From assembly GCA_050733915.1 (NCBI GenBank), contig JBOHUH010000017.1:1-62395 (forward strand): a stretch of 62,395 nucleotides of DNA, given 5' to 3'. The position numbers and the translations under genes were made by a program. Of this stretch, positions 17,915 through 27,113 are shown piece after piece (position 1 is the stretch's first letter; every line of letters begins with the position of its first letter). The notes beneath the pieces were generated by a model. That model did not search any database. It saw only the letters and a program-made list of their open reading frames with translations, and was not told where the DNA came from. Origin of the DNA: Candidatus Dormibacteria bacterium (GTDB lineage Bacteria > Chloroflexota > Dormibacteria > Aeolococcales > Bog-877).

Positions 17915-20608
17915 CTAGCTCTCCCCGCCCTGGAGCCGGGCCTGGGCCGCCGCCAGCCGGGCCCCGGGCACCCGGAACGGCGAGCAGGAGACGTAGTCCA
18001 GGGAGAGCTGCTCACAGACCGCGATCGACTGGGCATCCCCGCCATGCTCGCCACAGATCCCCACCTCGAGGTCCGGCCTGGCAGCCCGGCCTTCGGTGAC
18101 CGCCAGGCCCATCAGTCGCCCCACCCCCTCGGGGTCGAGATGCTCGAAGGGGTTGCTGGGCAGGATCCCGTCGCCGACGTAGCGGTTGAGGAACTTTCCC
18201 TCGGCATCGTCGCGGGAGACCCCGTAGGTCATCTGGGTCAGGTCGTTGGTGCCGAAGGAGAAGAACTGCGCCTCCTGGGCCACCTGGCCGGCGGTGAGTG
18301 CCGCTCTGGGCACCTCGATCATGGTGCCGATCTTGATGTCCAGCCGGACTCCCTGCTCCTTGGCCACCTGCTTCAGGGTCCCGTCGATCAGCCGCCGGGA
18401 GCGGCGCAGCTCCTCCACGTGGCCCACCAAAGGGACCATGATCTCGGGGAACACCCTGACCCGCCGGCGACGGAGTTCGGAAGCGGCTTCGGCGATGGCC
18501 CGGACCTGCATCTCGATGATCTCCGGGAACAGCAGCCCAAGGCGGCACCCCCTGAGGCCCAGCATCGGGTTCTGCTCCCGGAGCTGCTCCACCGCCGCCA
18601 GCATCCGCTCCGCCCGGGCCAGCTTCTTGGGCGACTTGCGCAGGGCTCTCAGCCGAGTCACCTGCTCCAGCAACTGATCGTGGTTGGGCAGGAACTCGTG
18701 GAGCGGCGGGTCGATCAGCCGGATGATCACCGGCAGACCCCGCATCGCCTCCAGGATCCCCAGAAAGTCCGCCTTCTGGTAGGGGAGCAATTGGGCCAGG
18801 GCCCGGCGGCGAGCCTCCGGGTCAGCGGCCAGGATCATGGTCTGGACGTGAGGCAGCCGCTCCTGCTCCATGAACATGTGCTCAGTGCGGCAGAGGCCGA
18901 TCCCCTGGGCTCCGAAGGAGCGGGCGCGGGCGGCGTCGGCGGGATTGTCGGCGTTGGCCAGGACCCGCAGCCGGCGTAGCCGGTCGGCAATCGCCAGGAG
19001 CTTCTCCAGGTCGCCCGACACCTCGGGCTCCACCGTCGCCACCACCCCCTCGATCACTCGGCCGTCCGAGCCGTCCAAGGTGAAGACGTCACCCTCCTTG
19101 ACGGTCACCCCCCCGGCCTCAAAGCGGCGGTGCACCAAGTCCACCTCCACCTCCTCGGCGCCGGCAACGCAGGGCTTGCCCATCCCCCTAGCCACCACCG
19201 CCGCGTGCGAGGTGCGACCACCCCGGGCGGTGAGCACGCCCTCGGCGGCGATCATGCCGTGGACATCGTCGGGGTTGGTTTCGATCCGAACCAAGATGAC
19301 CTTCTCGCCCCTCTCGGCAGCGGCCTCCGCTCGGTCGGCATCGAAGACCGCCGCCCCAGTGGCCGCCCCCGGCGAGGCGGCCAGTCCGGTGGCTAGGACC
19401 CGGACCTCGGCGTGGGGGTCGATGGCCCGGTGCAGCAGGTGATCCACCTGCTCCGGCTCGACCCGCTGCAGCACCTCTTCCTCGGTGAGGATCCCCTCCT
19501 CCAGCATCTCCACGGCAATCCTCACCGCGGCCGCGGCGGTGCGCTTGGCGTTCCGGGTCTGGAGCATGTAGAGTCGGCCGCGCTCGATGGTGAACTCCAT
19601 GTCCTGGGCGTCGCGGTAGTGGGCCTCCAGCTTGCCCGCGATCTCGGCGAAGTCGCGATATACCTGGGGCAGGGACTGACGCAGGGTCTCGATCGGCTGG
19701 GGGGTACGGATGCCCGCCACCACGTCCTCTCCTTGGGCGTTGAGCAGGTACTCGCCGAATAGCTGGCGCTCCCCAGTCGCGGGGTCACGGGTGAAGGCCA
19801 CCCCGGTGCCGGAGTCGTCGCCCATGTTGCCGAAGACCATGGCCTGGACGTTGACCGCGGTACCCAGGGTGTGGGGAATGTGGTTGTACTCGCGGTAGGC
19901 CACCGCGCGGCGGCCGTTCCAAGACGAGAAGACGGCGGCGATCGCCAGGGTCAGCTGCTCCCAGGGGTCCTCGGGGAAGGGCTGCCCGGTGTGCCCGCGG
20001 TAGATCTCCCGGAACTTTTCGGAGAGCGCTCTGAGCGACTTCTCGGGCAGCTCAGCGTCGCTCTTGGCGTGGGCCGCCCGCTTGGCCCGCTCCAGCTCGG
20101 CGTCGAAGAGCTCGCCGTCGATACCCTTCACGATCCGGCCGAAGAGTTGGATGAAGCGCCGGTAGGCATCGAGGGCGAAGCGGCGGTCCCCGGTCTTGGC
20201 TGCCAGCCCCTCCAGGGTCTCGGAGTTGAGTCCGAGGTTGAGGACGGTGTCCATCATTCCCGGCATCGACTGGGCCGCCCCTGAGCGCACCGACACCAGG
20301 AGTGGATCCTTGGGGTTGCCCAGGCCCTTGCCGGCCCTTTGCTCCAGCTTCCCAAGGTGCGCCCTGACCTCTTCGAGCAGGCCCTTGGGGAGCTTGTCGC
20401 CCGCCTCCATGTAGGCGCTGCAGGCCTCGGTGGTGATGGTGAACCCGGGGGGTACGGGCATACCGGCCCTGGTCATCTCCGCGACTCCCGCTCCCTTGCC
20501 ACCCAGCAGGGCGCGCATGGCCGCGCTGCCCTCTTCAAAGTCGTAGACGTACTTGTGTCCGGCGCGGCGCGCCGGGGAGGGCCGAGAGCCCACCGCGGTC
20601 CCTGTCAT
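17915..20608 (-). CDS. ppdK: Pyruvate, phosphate dikinase
   Basis: 897 aa. Motifs: YDFEEG...LLGGKGAGVAEM, the phosphohistidine loop GGRTSHAAVVARGMG, and the PEP-utilising C-terminus with GICGEHGGD. Confidence 0.95.
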   Translation of the reverse strand: MTGTAVGSRPSPARRAGHKYVYDFEEGSAAMRALLGGKGAGVAEMTRAGMPVPPGFTITTEACSAYMEAGDKLPKGLLEEVRAHLGKLEQRAGKGLGNPKDPLLVSVRSGAAQSMPGMMDTVLNLGLNSETLEGLAAKTGDRRFALDAYRRFIQLFGRIVKGIDGELFDAELERAKRAAHAKSDAELPEKSLRALSEKFREIYRGHTGQPFPEDPWEQLTLAIAAVFSSWNGRRAVAYREYNHIPHTLGTAVNVQAMVFGNMGDDSGTGVAFTRDPATGERQLFGEYLLNAQGEDVVAGIRTPQPIETLRQSLPQVYRDFAEIAGKLEAHYRDAQDMEFTIERGRLYMLQTRNAKRTAAAAVRIAVEMLEEGILTEEEVLQRVEPEQVDHLLHRAIDPHAEVRVLATGLAASPGAATGAAVFDADRAEAAAERGEKVILVRIETNPDDVHGMIAAEGVLTARGGRTSHAAVVARGMGKPCVAGAEEVEVDLVHRRFEAGGVTVKEGDVFTLDGSDGRVIEGVVATVEPEVSGDLEKLLAIADRLRRLRVLANADNPADAARARSFGAQGIGLCRTEHMFMEQERLPHVQTMILAADPEARRRALAQLLPYQKADFLGILEAMRGLPVIIRLIDPPLHEFLPNHDQLLEQVTRLRALRKSPKKLARAERMLAAVEQLREQNPMLGLRGCRLGLLFPEIIEMQVRAIAEAASELRRRRVRVFPEIMVPLVGHVEELRRSRRLIDGTLKQVAKEQGVRLDIKIGTMIEVPRAALTAGQVAQEAQFFSFGTNDLTQMTYGVSRDDAEGKFLNRYVGDGILPSNPFEHLDPEGVGRLMGLAVTEGRAARPDLEVGICGEHGGDAQSIAVCEQLSLDYVSCSPFRVPGARLAAAQARLQGGES

Positions 20609-20851
20609 TGACAGCGCCTCCTTGGCTGAAACTCCCGCCCCGAGTTTACCTATGCCGGGGGCTCGGCCCGAACCCGGCGAGGCCTCACCCGGCCCACTGC
20701 TAGGATCGGGGCGGCATCTCTAACCGGACTGGCGCCCGGCAGTGCCAGGACCGGGGTGTCGGGTCAACGCCCACTCTCAGAGGACCTTTCGGACTCGATG
20801 GGAATGCACTACCAGGGGCGGGGCGGGGCGGGCCTGGGCCGTTCCGGTGCC

Positions 20852-22648
20852 ATGGACCCCTCCCTGGAGACGCCGCGCGCCAAGGGAACGGTGCGCCGGG
20901 TGGTCAAGTTGTTCCGACCCTACCGGCTCAAGGTCTTGGGGATCCTCCTCATCCTGATGTTGGTGGCGGTGCTGGGGATCGTCAACCCGTACATGCTCAA
21001 GCTGATCATCGACGACGCCATCCTGAAGCACAACCCGAAGCTGCTCTTGATCTTCTTCGGGATCATGGTGATCACCCCCATCGCCAGCACCGGGCTGGGG
21101 GTCTGGCAGACCTACCTCAACGCCGTGGTGGGCCAGCGGATGATGCAGGACCTGAGGGTCGCCCTCTACAGCCACCTCCAGAGCCTGCCCCTGCGCTTCT
21201 TCACCGCCACCCGCACCGGGGAGATCCAGTCAAGGCTCGCCAACGACGTCGGCGGGGTGGACTCGGTGATCACCAACACCGCCACCAACACCGTCGCCAA
21301 CCTCACCCGCACCGGGGCCACCCTGGCCGGAATGGCCTTCCTCAGCTGGCAGCTGACCCTGATCTCGATCGCAGTGCTGCCGCTCTTCCTCTTCATCACC
21401 TTGCGGGTCGGTGAGGTACGCCGGCGGGTGAGCGCCCAGACCCAGGTGACCCTGGCCGACCTCTTGGCGCTGGCTGAGGAGACGCTCTCGGTGAGCGGGA
21501 TCCTGCTCACCAAGGTCTACGGCCGGGAGGCACGAGCCCGGGAGCGCTACGTCAACGAGACCTCCCGCCTGACCGCCCTGATGATCCGCCAGCAGATGGT
21601 GGGGCGCTGGTTCTTCGGTTTCATCCAAACCTTCTTCTCTATCCTCCCCGCCGGCGTCTACCTGGTGGCCGGGCTGGCGCTCCACGCCGGGCTCAAAGGC
21701 GGGGTCTCGGTGGGCACCCTGGTCTCCTTCACCACCTTCCAGTCGGCCCTCTTCTTCCCCATCGGGCAGCTCCTCAATGTCCAGGTCGAGCTCCAGGGAG
21801 CGCTGGCCCTCTTCGACCGCATCTTCCAGTACCTGGACATCCCAGTCGAGATCGAGGACCGCCCCGAGGCGATCACCATCCCCACCAGCTCCATCAAGGG
21901 ACGGATCTCCTTCGACGACGTCACCTTCAACTACGAGCCGGGGTCGACCCCAGCGGTCCAGGGGATCAGCTTCCAGGCCGAGCCCGGGCAGCTGGTGGCC
22001 CTGGTCGGACCAAGCGGCGCCGGCAAGACCACCCTCACCTACCTGATGGCCCGGCTGTACGACGTCGACTCGGGGCGGATCACCCTGGACGGCCACGACC
22101 TCCGCGACCTCAGCCAGACCACCCTGAGGGCAGCGATCGCGGTGGTCACCCAGGAGACCTTCATCTTCCACAGCACCGTCCGCGAAAACCTCCTGGTGGG
22201 CCGTCCCGAGGCCAGCGACGAGGAGATGATCGCCGCTGGCAGGGCAGCCGCCATCCACGATCGGATCATGGAGCTGCCCGAGGGCTACGACACCGTCGGT
22301 GGAGAGCGGGGCTACCGCCTCAGCGGCGGTGAGAAACAACGGGTGGCGCTGGCTCGGGCCATCCTCAAGAACCCCCGGGTACTCATCCTGGACGAGGCCA
22401 CCAGCGCCCTGGACACCCACAGCGAGCGGGCCATCCAGAACGCCCTGGCCAGTCTCATGGAGGGGCGGACCACGATCGCGATCGCCCACCGGCTCTCGAC
22501 CATCCTCGCCGCCGACCTGATCGTGATGCTGGACCACGGACAGATCGTCGAGCGGGGCTCGCACGACCAGCTGATGGCCCAGGCCGGGCCATACTCCCGC
22601 CTCTACCTGGAGCAGTTCGCCCGCCAGCCCCTGGAGGTGGCCGGCTGA
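20852..22648 (+). CDS. ABC exporter, fused permease/ATPase (MsbA/MdlB-like)
   Basis: Six-TM ABC membrane domain followed by Walker A GPSGAGKTT, signature LSGGEKQR and Walker B VLILDEATSALD. ATG 20852 is the preferred start; the track ORF starts at 20756. Confidence 0.9.
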   Translation: MDPSLETPRAKGTVRRVVKLFRPYRLKVLGILLILMLVAVLGIVNPYMLKLIIDDAILKHNPKLLLIFFGIMVITPIASTGLGVWQTYLNAVVGQRMMQDLRVALYSHLQSLPLRFFTATRTGEIQSRLANDVGGVDSVITNTATNTVANLTRTGATLAGMAFLSWQLTLISIAVLPLFLFITLRVGEVRRRVSAQTQVTLADLLALAEETLSVSGILLTKVYGREARARERYVNETSRLTALMIRQQMVGRWFFGFIQTFFSILPAGVYLVAGLALHAGLKGGVSVGTLVSFTTFQSALFFPIGQLLNVQVELQGALALFDRIFQYLDIPVEIEDRPEAITIPTSSIKGRISFDDVTFNYEPGSTPAVQGISFQAEPGQLVALVGPSGAGKTTLTYLMARLYDVDSGRITLDGHDLRDLSQTTLRAAIAVVTQETFIFHSTVRENLLVGRPEASDEEMIAAGRAAAIHDRIMELPEGYDTVGGERGYRLSGGEKQRVALARAILKNPRVLILDEATSALDTHSERAIQNALASLMEGRTTIAIAHRLSTILAADLIVMLDHGQIVERGSHDQLMAQAGPYSRLYLEQFARQPLEVAG

Positions 22649-23255
22649 TCGAGAGCCGTCGAACGCCGGTGTCTGGGACGCAGGACCGAGCGGGGCCGCC
22701 CAGACCCGGCTCGGCTCACAACCCGGCCGTGGGGCTCCACGTTCGGTAGAAGTTCTGCTAGAGGAGAAGGCTGCCGCCCCTAGACTTGGCGCTAACTCGT
22801 CACATCGAGCACCTAGCTCGCGGCAACGTTCCGCCTGGCCCTGGGATCGGCTCCTAAGCCGAAGCTGGCGGTGTCCGAACACCTGAATCCCACGGGCGTG
22901 GGGGAGCCAGAGCGACCGCTCGCAAGTGGAGCGGTGAGTGCAGAGCTGGATCCTGGTGCGGCCTCTTTGGTGGGGCGTACTCTGCACCTCGGGTCAGGGC
23001 ACGCGGCGCTAGCCGCGCGCGCGGTGCGCCCACCCGGATGGGACTCCTGGCAGCACCCAGGATGTCGACTGCCTCCGCCAACGGATTAGGGGATCGCGGC
23101 CCGGCCCGGCTGACCCTTGGCGCCAACCCGGTGGCAGTGCGCGGAGCTAGGAGCCCAGTCGACGGGAGCGTGCGAGAACCGATCTGGCGCGGTAACCTCC
23201 GGGTCATGGTCAACTTGCTGCTGGGGCTCACTCGTAAGCTCGTGAAGTCACCCAC

Positions 23256-23906
23256 GTGATCAACTCGGGGTCGACGCCAATCCCCCAAACCTCCTGCGCT
23301 GGTGGGATCACGGAGGACTCACGCGGCATCCCGGCGACGTCGCCTACGGCCGCCATCATCGAGAACCCCAGCAGCGGCGAGCGGATCGTCATCAGGGAGA
23401 CCTCCGAGCAGAGTGGCGGCGCGCGTCTCACCTTCGAACTCTTCCTCAGTCCGCACGGACACGTGCCGGCCGGACATATCCACCCGCACCAGGTGGAGAC
23501 GTTCAGCGTCTTGGAAGGCCAGATGCGCTTCCGCCGGGGACTGCGGGTGATCCACGCGGGCCCAGGGCAGTCGGTGACGATGCCGCAGGGGACGTTCCAC
23601 ACATTCCTGAACCCTGGGCCCCAGGTCGCCCGAGTCATGGTCCAGTCTTGTCCGGCACTGCGGATGGAAGAGGTTCTCCGGGCGGGCGCGGAACTGGGCC
23701 GCCGGCAGGCGTCAGGCATAGGCCGCGGGCGGTGGGTGCTTGAGGGGATCTCCTTCCTCCGAGAGTACCGGGATGAGGTCGCCGCACCTCTGCTGCCGGC
23801 CTGGGCAATCAGAGTTGCCGCCCAATTGGTGCCAGCGAGTGTCCACCTTGGCGCCCCAGCACCCAAGGCGCCAAGCACGGCGGCCAGGGCCGACGCCCTG
23901 CCTTAG
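23256..23906 (+). CDS. Cupin domain protein
   Basis: Cupin motifs GHIHPHQVETFSVLEG and GTFHTFLN. The start is uncertain (GTG 23256). Confidence 0.65.
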   Translation: MINSGSTPIPQTSCAGGITEDSRGIPATSPTAAIIENPSSGERIVIRETSEQSGGARLTFELFLSPHGHVPAGHIHPHQVETFSVLEGQMRFRRGLRVIHAGPGQSVTMPQGTFHTFLNPGPQVARVMVQSCPALRMEEVLRAGAELGRRQASGIGRGRWVLEGISFLREYRDEVAAPLLPAWAIRVAAQLVPASVHLGAPAPKAPSTAARADALP

Positions 23907-24716
23907 GTGGGTCGTCGTCCAGTCCCCCACCTGGTGCTGGCGCGGCGAGGCGTAGCCGCATCCGCGCTGAGCCTGGTTGGACTCTTCTGGGTGGTCAACG
24001 AGCTCCGGATGCCGGCTCCGGACCTGAGTGCCGTAGAGCGGGTCCTGGCGGTATTCCCCCACCCGGACGACGAGACCGTCAGTTGCGGTGGCACGCTGCA
24101 CCGACTCACGCAGCTCGGCAAGCGGGTAACCCTAGTGGCGCTCACTCGGGGTGAGCGGGGTTACGCGCCGAACTCAGGACCTGTTGAGCTGGGTACCCTC
24201 CGGGCGGGTGAGCTGGCCGCCGCGGCGCGCTGGCTGGGGGTTTCGCGCCTGATCCAACTGGGGCTTCCCGACGGTGACCTCTCGCTTCGCCGCCAGGAGC
24301 TCCGGCACCTGCTGTCAACCGTGATCGACACCGAGCGCCCAGACCTGTTGATCACTTACGACCTGGCGGGTCTCTACGGGCACCCTGACCACGTCACCTG
24401 CGCCGAGGTGGTGACCGAGTTGAGCGCTGGCCACGGCATGAAGATTCGGCTCTGGTACGTGGCGCTCCCGCACCGGCTTCGCTGGGGGCTGGTCCGCCTT
24501 GGCGCCCTCCCACGGGACTCCGCCCGGAGCCCCGCTCCCGCGCGCCCGACGACCAAGCTCTTCGTTGGGCCTAGCCTTGGGGCCAAGGTGCGGGCATGGC
24601 GCAGCCACCACAGCCAGCGCCATGCCATCGGCAATGGCGTGGGACGGTTGGTCCCCGGGTGGCTCCTGGCCGCTCTGCAGCCCTTCGAGTACTTCGAGGA
24701 GGTACCGCGACAGTGA
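23907..24716 (+). CDS. PIG-L/LmbE-family N-acetylglucosaminyl deacetylase
   Basis: Signature VFPHPDDETVSCGG and a second metal motif GHPDHV. The GTG start directly abuts the cupin TAG stop. Confidence 0.85.
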   Translation: MGRRPVPHLVLARRGVAASALSLVGLFWVVNELRMPAPDLSAVERVLAVFPHPDDETVSCGGTLHRLTQLGKRVTLVALTRGERGYAPNSGPVELGTLRAGELAAAARWLGVSRLIQLGLPDGDLSLRRQELRHLLSTVIDTERPDLLITYDLAGLYGHPDHVTCAEVVTELSAGHGMKIRLWYVALPHRLRWGLVRLGALPRDSARSPAPARPTTKLFVGPSLGAKVRAWRSHHSQRHAIGNGVGRLVPGWLLAALQPFEYFEEVPRQ

Positions 24717-24732
24717 CCGAGAGCGCCGCCCC

Positions 24733-25881
24733 GTGAAGGGGAGTCGGTGGCTGGCCCTTAGCGGCGGAGCGGCCTTAGCGCCCCTGTTACTGGACCTGGG
24801 CTGGCACAGAACGGCGCAGCCGGCGACGACCGCTTGGAAGTCGGTACCGGTGCGCCAGCGGAAGGGATGCCGAATCGGCGTGTCCTATCGACCGCGACAG
24901 GCCGAGGCGCTGGGGCTCGAACCTCGCGCGGTGCTGCAGCGGCTGGTGCAGTTCCCCATCGATCTGATCCGGATCGGGGCGTACTGGAGCCGGGTGGAGC
25001 CGGTCCCCGGGGCTTTCGATCCCTCGGAGCTGGACCGATCGCTGGCGGCGGTGGAGAGCGCAGGGCGGTCGGTGATCATGGCAGTCGGCGCGCTCAAGAC
25101 CTTCGGATACCCCGAGTTCTTCGTTCCCCAACACCGGCTCGCCCAGCCATTCAGGGAGGGTAGCCTCGTCAGCAAATCAACCAACCCTGAGCTGGCGGCG
25201 GCGGCCTGTGGGTTCGTGTCCAGGGTCGTGACGCGGTACCGAGACCGGGATTGCATCGTGGCCTGGCAGGTGGAGAACGAAGCGGTGGACCCGCTGGGGG
25301 TCGAGCACAGCTGGAGGCTCGACCGCGACTTCGTAGCCGCCGAAGTTGACGCGGTGCGAGCCCTGGATCCTTCGCGCCCAATCCTCATGAACGGCTACTT
25401 GACGTCTTCGATCCCGGTTCGGCTCATGCAGCGCTGGCGCACCAGGGGTCAAGGGGATTCGCTGGAGGCGGCCTTCCAGCTCGCCGACATCGTGGGTCTG
25501 GACTTCTACCCTCGCAACGCGGCGTGGTCCCTTGGGGACCACTCCCTCTACCTTGACGGGGCCGACAAGCCCTGGAACCGGATCCCCTGGGGTCGGCTTC
25601 GGTCACGCGCTGAGGCGACTGGGCGAGCCCTCATGGTCTCGGAGGGTCAGGCCGAGCCGTGGGAGCGGCAGACCATTCCCCCGGACCCGCGTGGCCAGGT
25701 CGCCTATAGCTGCCCACCGGAGCGCCTGATCGTCAATTACAACCTCGGCCTCGGGCCACCGCAGGGCGCGCCCGCAGTGTCGGCCTACCTCTTGTGGGGA
25801 TTGGAGTACTGGCTGCGCCGGGAAGCCTCTGGCGACGACTCCTACGTTCGCGCCTTCAGCCGGTTGCTGGAGGAGTCGTGA
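24733..25881 (+). CDS. Clan GH-A (TIM-barrel) glycoside hydrolase, GH42/GH5-like, with an N-terminal TM/signal anchor
   Basis: IRIGAYWSRVEPVPGAFDPSELD resembles the GH42/GH5 strand-2/3 motif. WQVENEA is a candidate acid/base NE and MVSEGQAEPW a candidate nucleophile. The track ORF start at 24499 overlaps the PIG-L gene out of frame. GTG 24733 is the first start after its stop. Confidence 0.7.
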   Translation: MKGSRWLALSGGAALAPLLLDLGWHRTAQPATTAWKSVPVRQRKGCRIGVSYRPRQAEALGLEPRAVLQRLVQFPIDLIRIGAYWSRVEPVPGAFDPSELDRSLAAVESAGRSVIMAVGALKTFGYPEFFVPQHRLAQPFREGSLVSKSTNPELAAAACGFVSRVVTRYRDRDCIVAWQVENEAVDPLGVEHSWRLDRDFVAAEVDAVRALDPSRPILMNGYLTSSIPVRLMQRWRTRGQGDSLEAAFQLADIVGLDFYPRNAAWSLGDHSLYLDGADKPWNRIPWGRLRSRAEATGRALMVSEGQAEPWERQTIPPDPRGQVAYSCPPERLIVNYNLGLGPPQGAPAVSAYLLWGLEYWLRREASGDDSYVRAFSRLLEES

Positions 25882-25902
25882 TCCTGAAGGAGTGTCGCGC
25901 AG

Positions 25903-26505
25903 GTGGGTAGCCCCTCCTCCCCGCTCAGCCCGGGCGTCGACGCCGTCGCCTTTTGGGTCCTGATCGCTGCGTGGGTCGGCTTCGAGGTCAGTCTGCAGTG
26001 GCGAGCGCGATCCCAAGCAGATTCCCCCGCCAACCAGGCTGACCACAACACCATGCCGGCGTTGATCGTTGGGACCTGGGCGGCTGTGGCCGGGGGCGTG
26101 GCCGCGGCCCAGTGGATCGCCATCGGGCGCATCCCCGACCCCTACTCAGCGCTGGTGGCGGGAGGCGGAGTCTTGATGGCTCTGGGGATGGCGCTACGCT
26201 GGTGGGCGGTTCGCGTGCTGGGCCGGCACTTCACCGTCCGCGTCACCACCTCCGCCGACCAACGACTCGTGCAGACCGGACCATACCGGTGGCTCCGGCA
26301 CCCCGGATACGCGGGGGCGTTGCTGACTGTGGCGGGCTGTCTCTGCTGTTGCGCCGACATCATCTCGATCACCCTCCTGGCGCTTCCCGCCGCGGCGTAC
26401 GCCATGCGGGTCGCAGTCGAGGAGCGCGCCATGGGCGACCGCTTCGGGGCGGAGTATGTGGCCTACGCAGCCAAGAGAAGCCGGCTGATCCCCTTCCTCC
26501 TCTGA
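25903..26505 (+). CDS. Isoprenylcysteine carboxyl methyltransferase (ICMT)/phospholipid methyltransferase-family membrane protein
   Basis: Multi-TM protein with the family motif GPYRWLRHPGYAGALL and C-terminal EERAMGDRFGAEY. Confidence 0.8.
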   Translation: MGSPSSPLSPGVDAVAFWVLIAAWVGFEVSLQWRARSQADSPANQADHNTMPALIVGTWAAVAGGVAAAQWIAIGRIPDPYSALVAGGGVLMALGMALRWWAVRVLGRHFTVRVTTSADQRLVQTGPYRWLRHPGYAGALLTVAGCLCCCADIISITLLALPAAAYAMRVAVEERAMGDRFGAEYVAYAAKRSRLIPFLL

Positions 26506-26556
26506 CTCCAAGGCCCGGGGCTGGGTTGCTGACCTCCGTCCGCGTCTAGCTGCGGG

Positions 26557-26748
26557 ATGGAGACCGACTTGGCCGGCCCCCGAGCGGGACCTAATGCCAA
26601 GACGGTCCGGGTGGTGGTGGGGCTGCTCCGGCAGAGCCCCACGCCGGAGGACCGCCCCCCACCCTGGGCCAGGCTGGTGATCATCGAGGAGCCCCCGGGC
26701 GACAAATCCCGGCCTGACCGGCCCCCGCGTTTACCATTGCGGCCGTGA
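26557..26748 (+). CDS. Hypothetical 63-aa ORF coupled to the VOC gene (doubtful)
   Basis: ATG start, mostly G/C third positions. Its TGA stop (26746-26748) overlaps the GTG start of the next gene (26745) as GTGA. The Pro/Arg-rich sequence has no recognisable motif. Confidence 0.25.
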   Translation: METDLAGPRAGPNAKTVRVVVGLLRQSPTPEDRPPPWARLVIIEEPPGDKSRPDRPPRLPLRP

Positions 26749-27104
26749 GTTCTCGCCTCTACTCCATCATCGTCGACTGCCAGGAGCCCCACTCCTTGGC
26801 CCGCTTCTGGGCCGCGGTCCTGGAATACCGAGTCTTCGAGGAGGACGACGAGGTGGTGGTGGCCCGGGATGATGACACCTACCCAGCCCTGCTCTTCGTG
26901 CCCGTCCCCGAGACCAAGACGGTCAAGAACCGGCTCCACATCGACCTCAACCCCGACGACCGAGACGCCGAGGTGGAGCGGGTCATCGGCCTCGGCGCCC
27001 ACCGGGTGGACATCGGCCAGGGGGCCGAGGTCACCTGGGTGGTCCTGGCCGACCCCGAGGGCAACGAGTTCTGCGTCCTACGCGCCCGGGAGGGCGGGGT
27101 CTAA
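26745..27104 (+). CDS. VOC/glyoxalase-like domain protein
   Basis: LYSIIVDCQEPHSLARFWAAVL...NRLHIDL...VLADPEGNEFCVL is typical of the glyoxalase/bleomycin-resistance fold. Confidence 0.8.
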   Translation: MSSRLYSIIVDCQEPHSLARFWAAVLEYRVFEEDDEVVVARDDDTYPALLFVPVPETKTVKNRLHIDLNPDDRDAEVERVIGLGAHRVDIGQGAEVTWVVLADPEGNEFCVLRAREGGV

Positions 27105-27113
27105 GCCGGTCGG

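Noticed and set aside
21230-22987. Long antisense or out-of-frame ORFs in the six-frame track. Examples: 21230-22987 (585 aa), 50802-52169 (455 aa), 29227-30351 (374 aa), 5322-6416 (364 aa), 732-1691 (319 aa), 58062-59108 (348 aa), 11643-13046 (467 aa), 32332-33879 (515 aa).
   Set aside because: Each lies opposite to, or out of frame with, a gene that has unmistakable family motifs. Their products are Arg/Pro/Gly/Ala-rich low-complexity strings without motifs. This is the expected shadow-ORF artefact of very GC-rich DNA.
24499-24732. N-terminal extension of the glycosidase ORF, and similar long-ORF starts of imuB (to 4360), imuA' (to 4938), the HU-like gene (4868), adnB (9966) and the kinase (62256).
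   Set aside because: These extensions overlap the upstream gene out of frame or, for imuA' and the HU-like gene, run through the mapped promoter and LexA box. In-frame GTG/TTG/ATG starts at or just after the upstream stop give products with normal N-termini.
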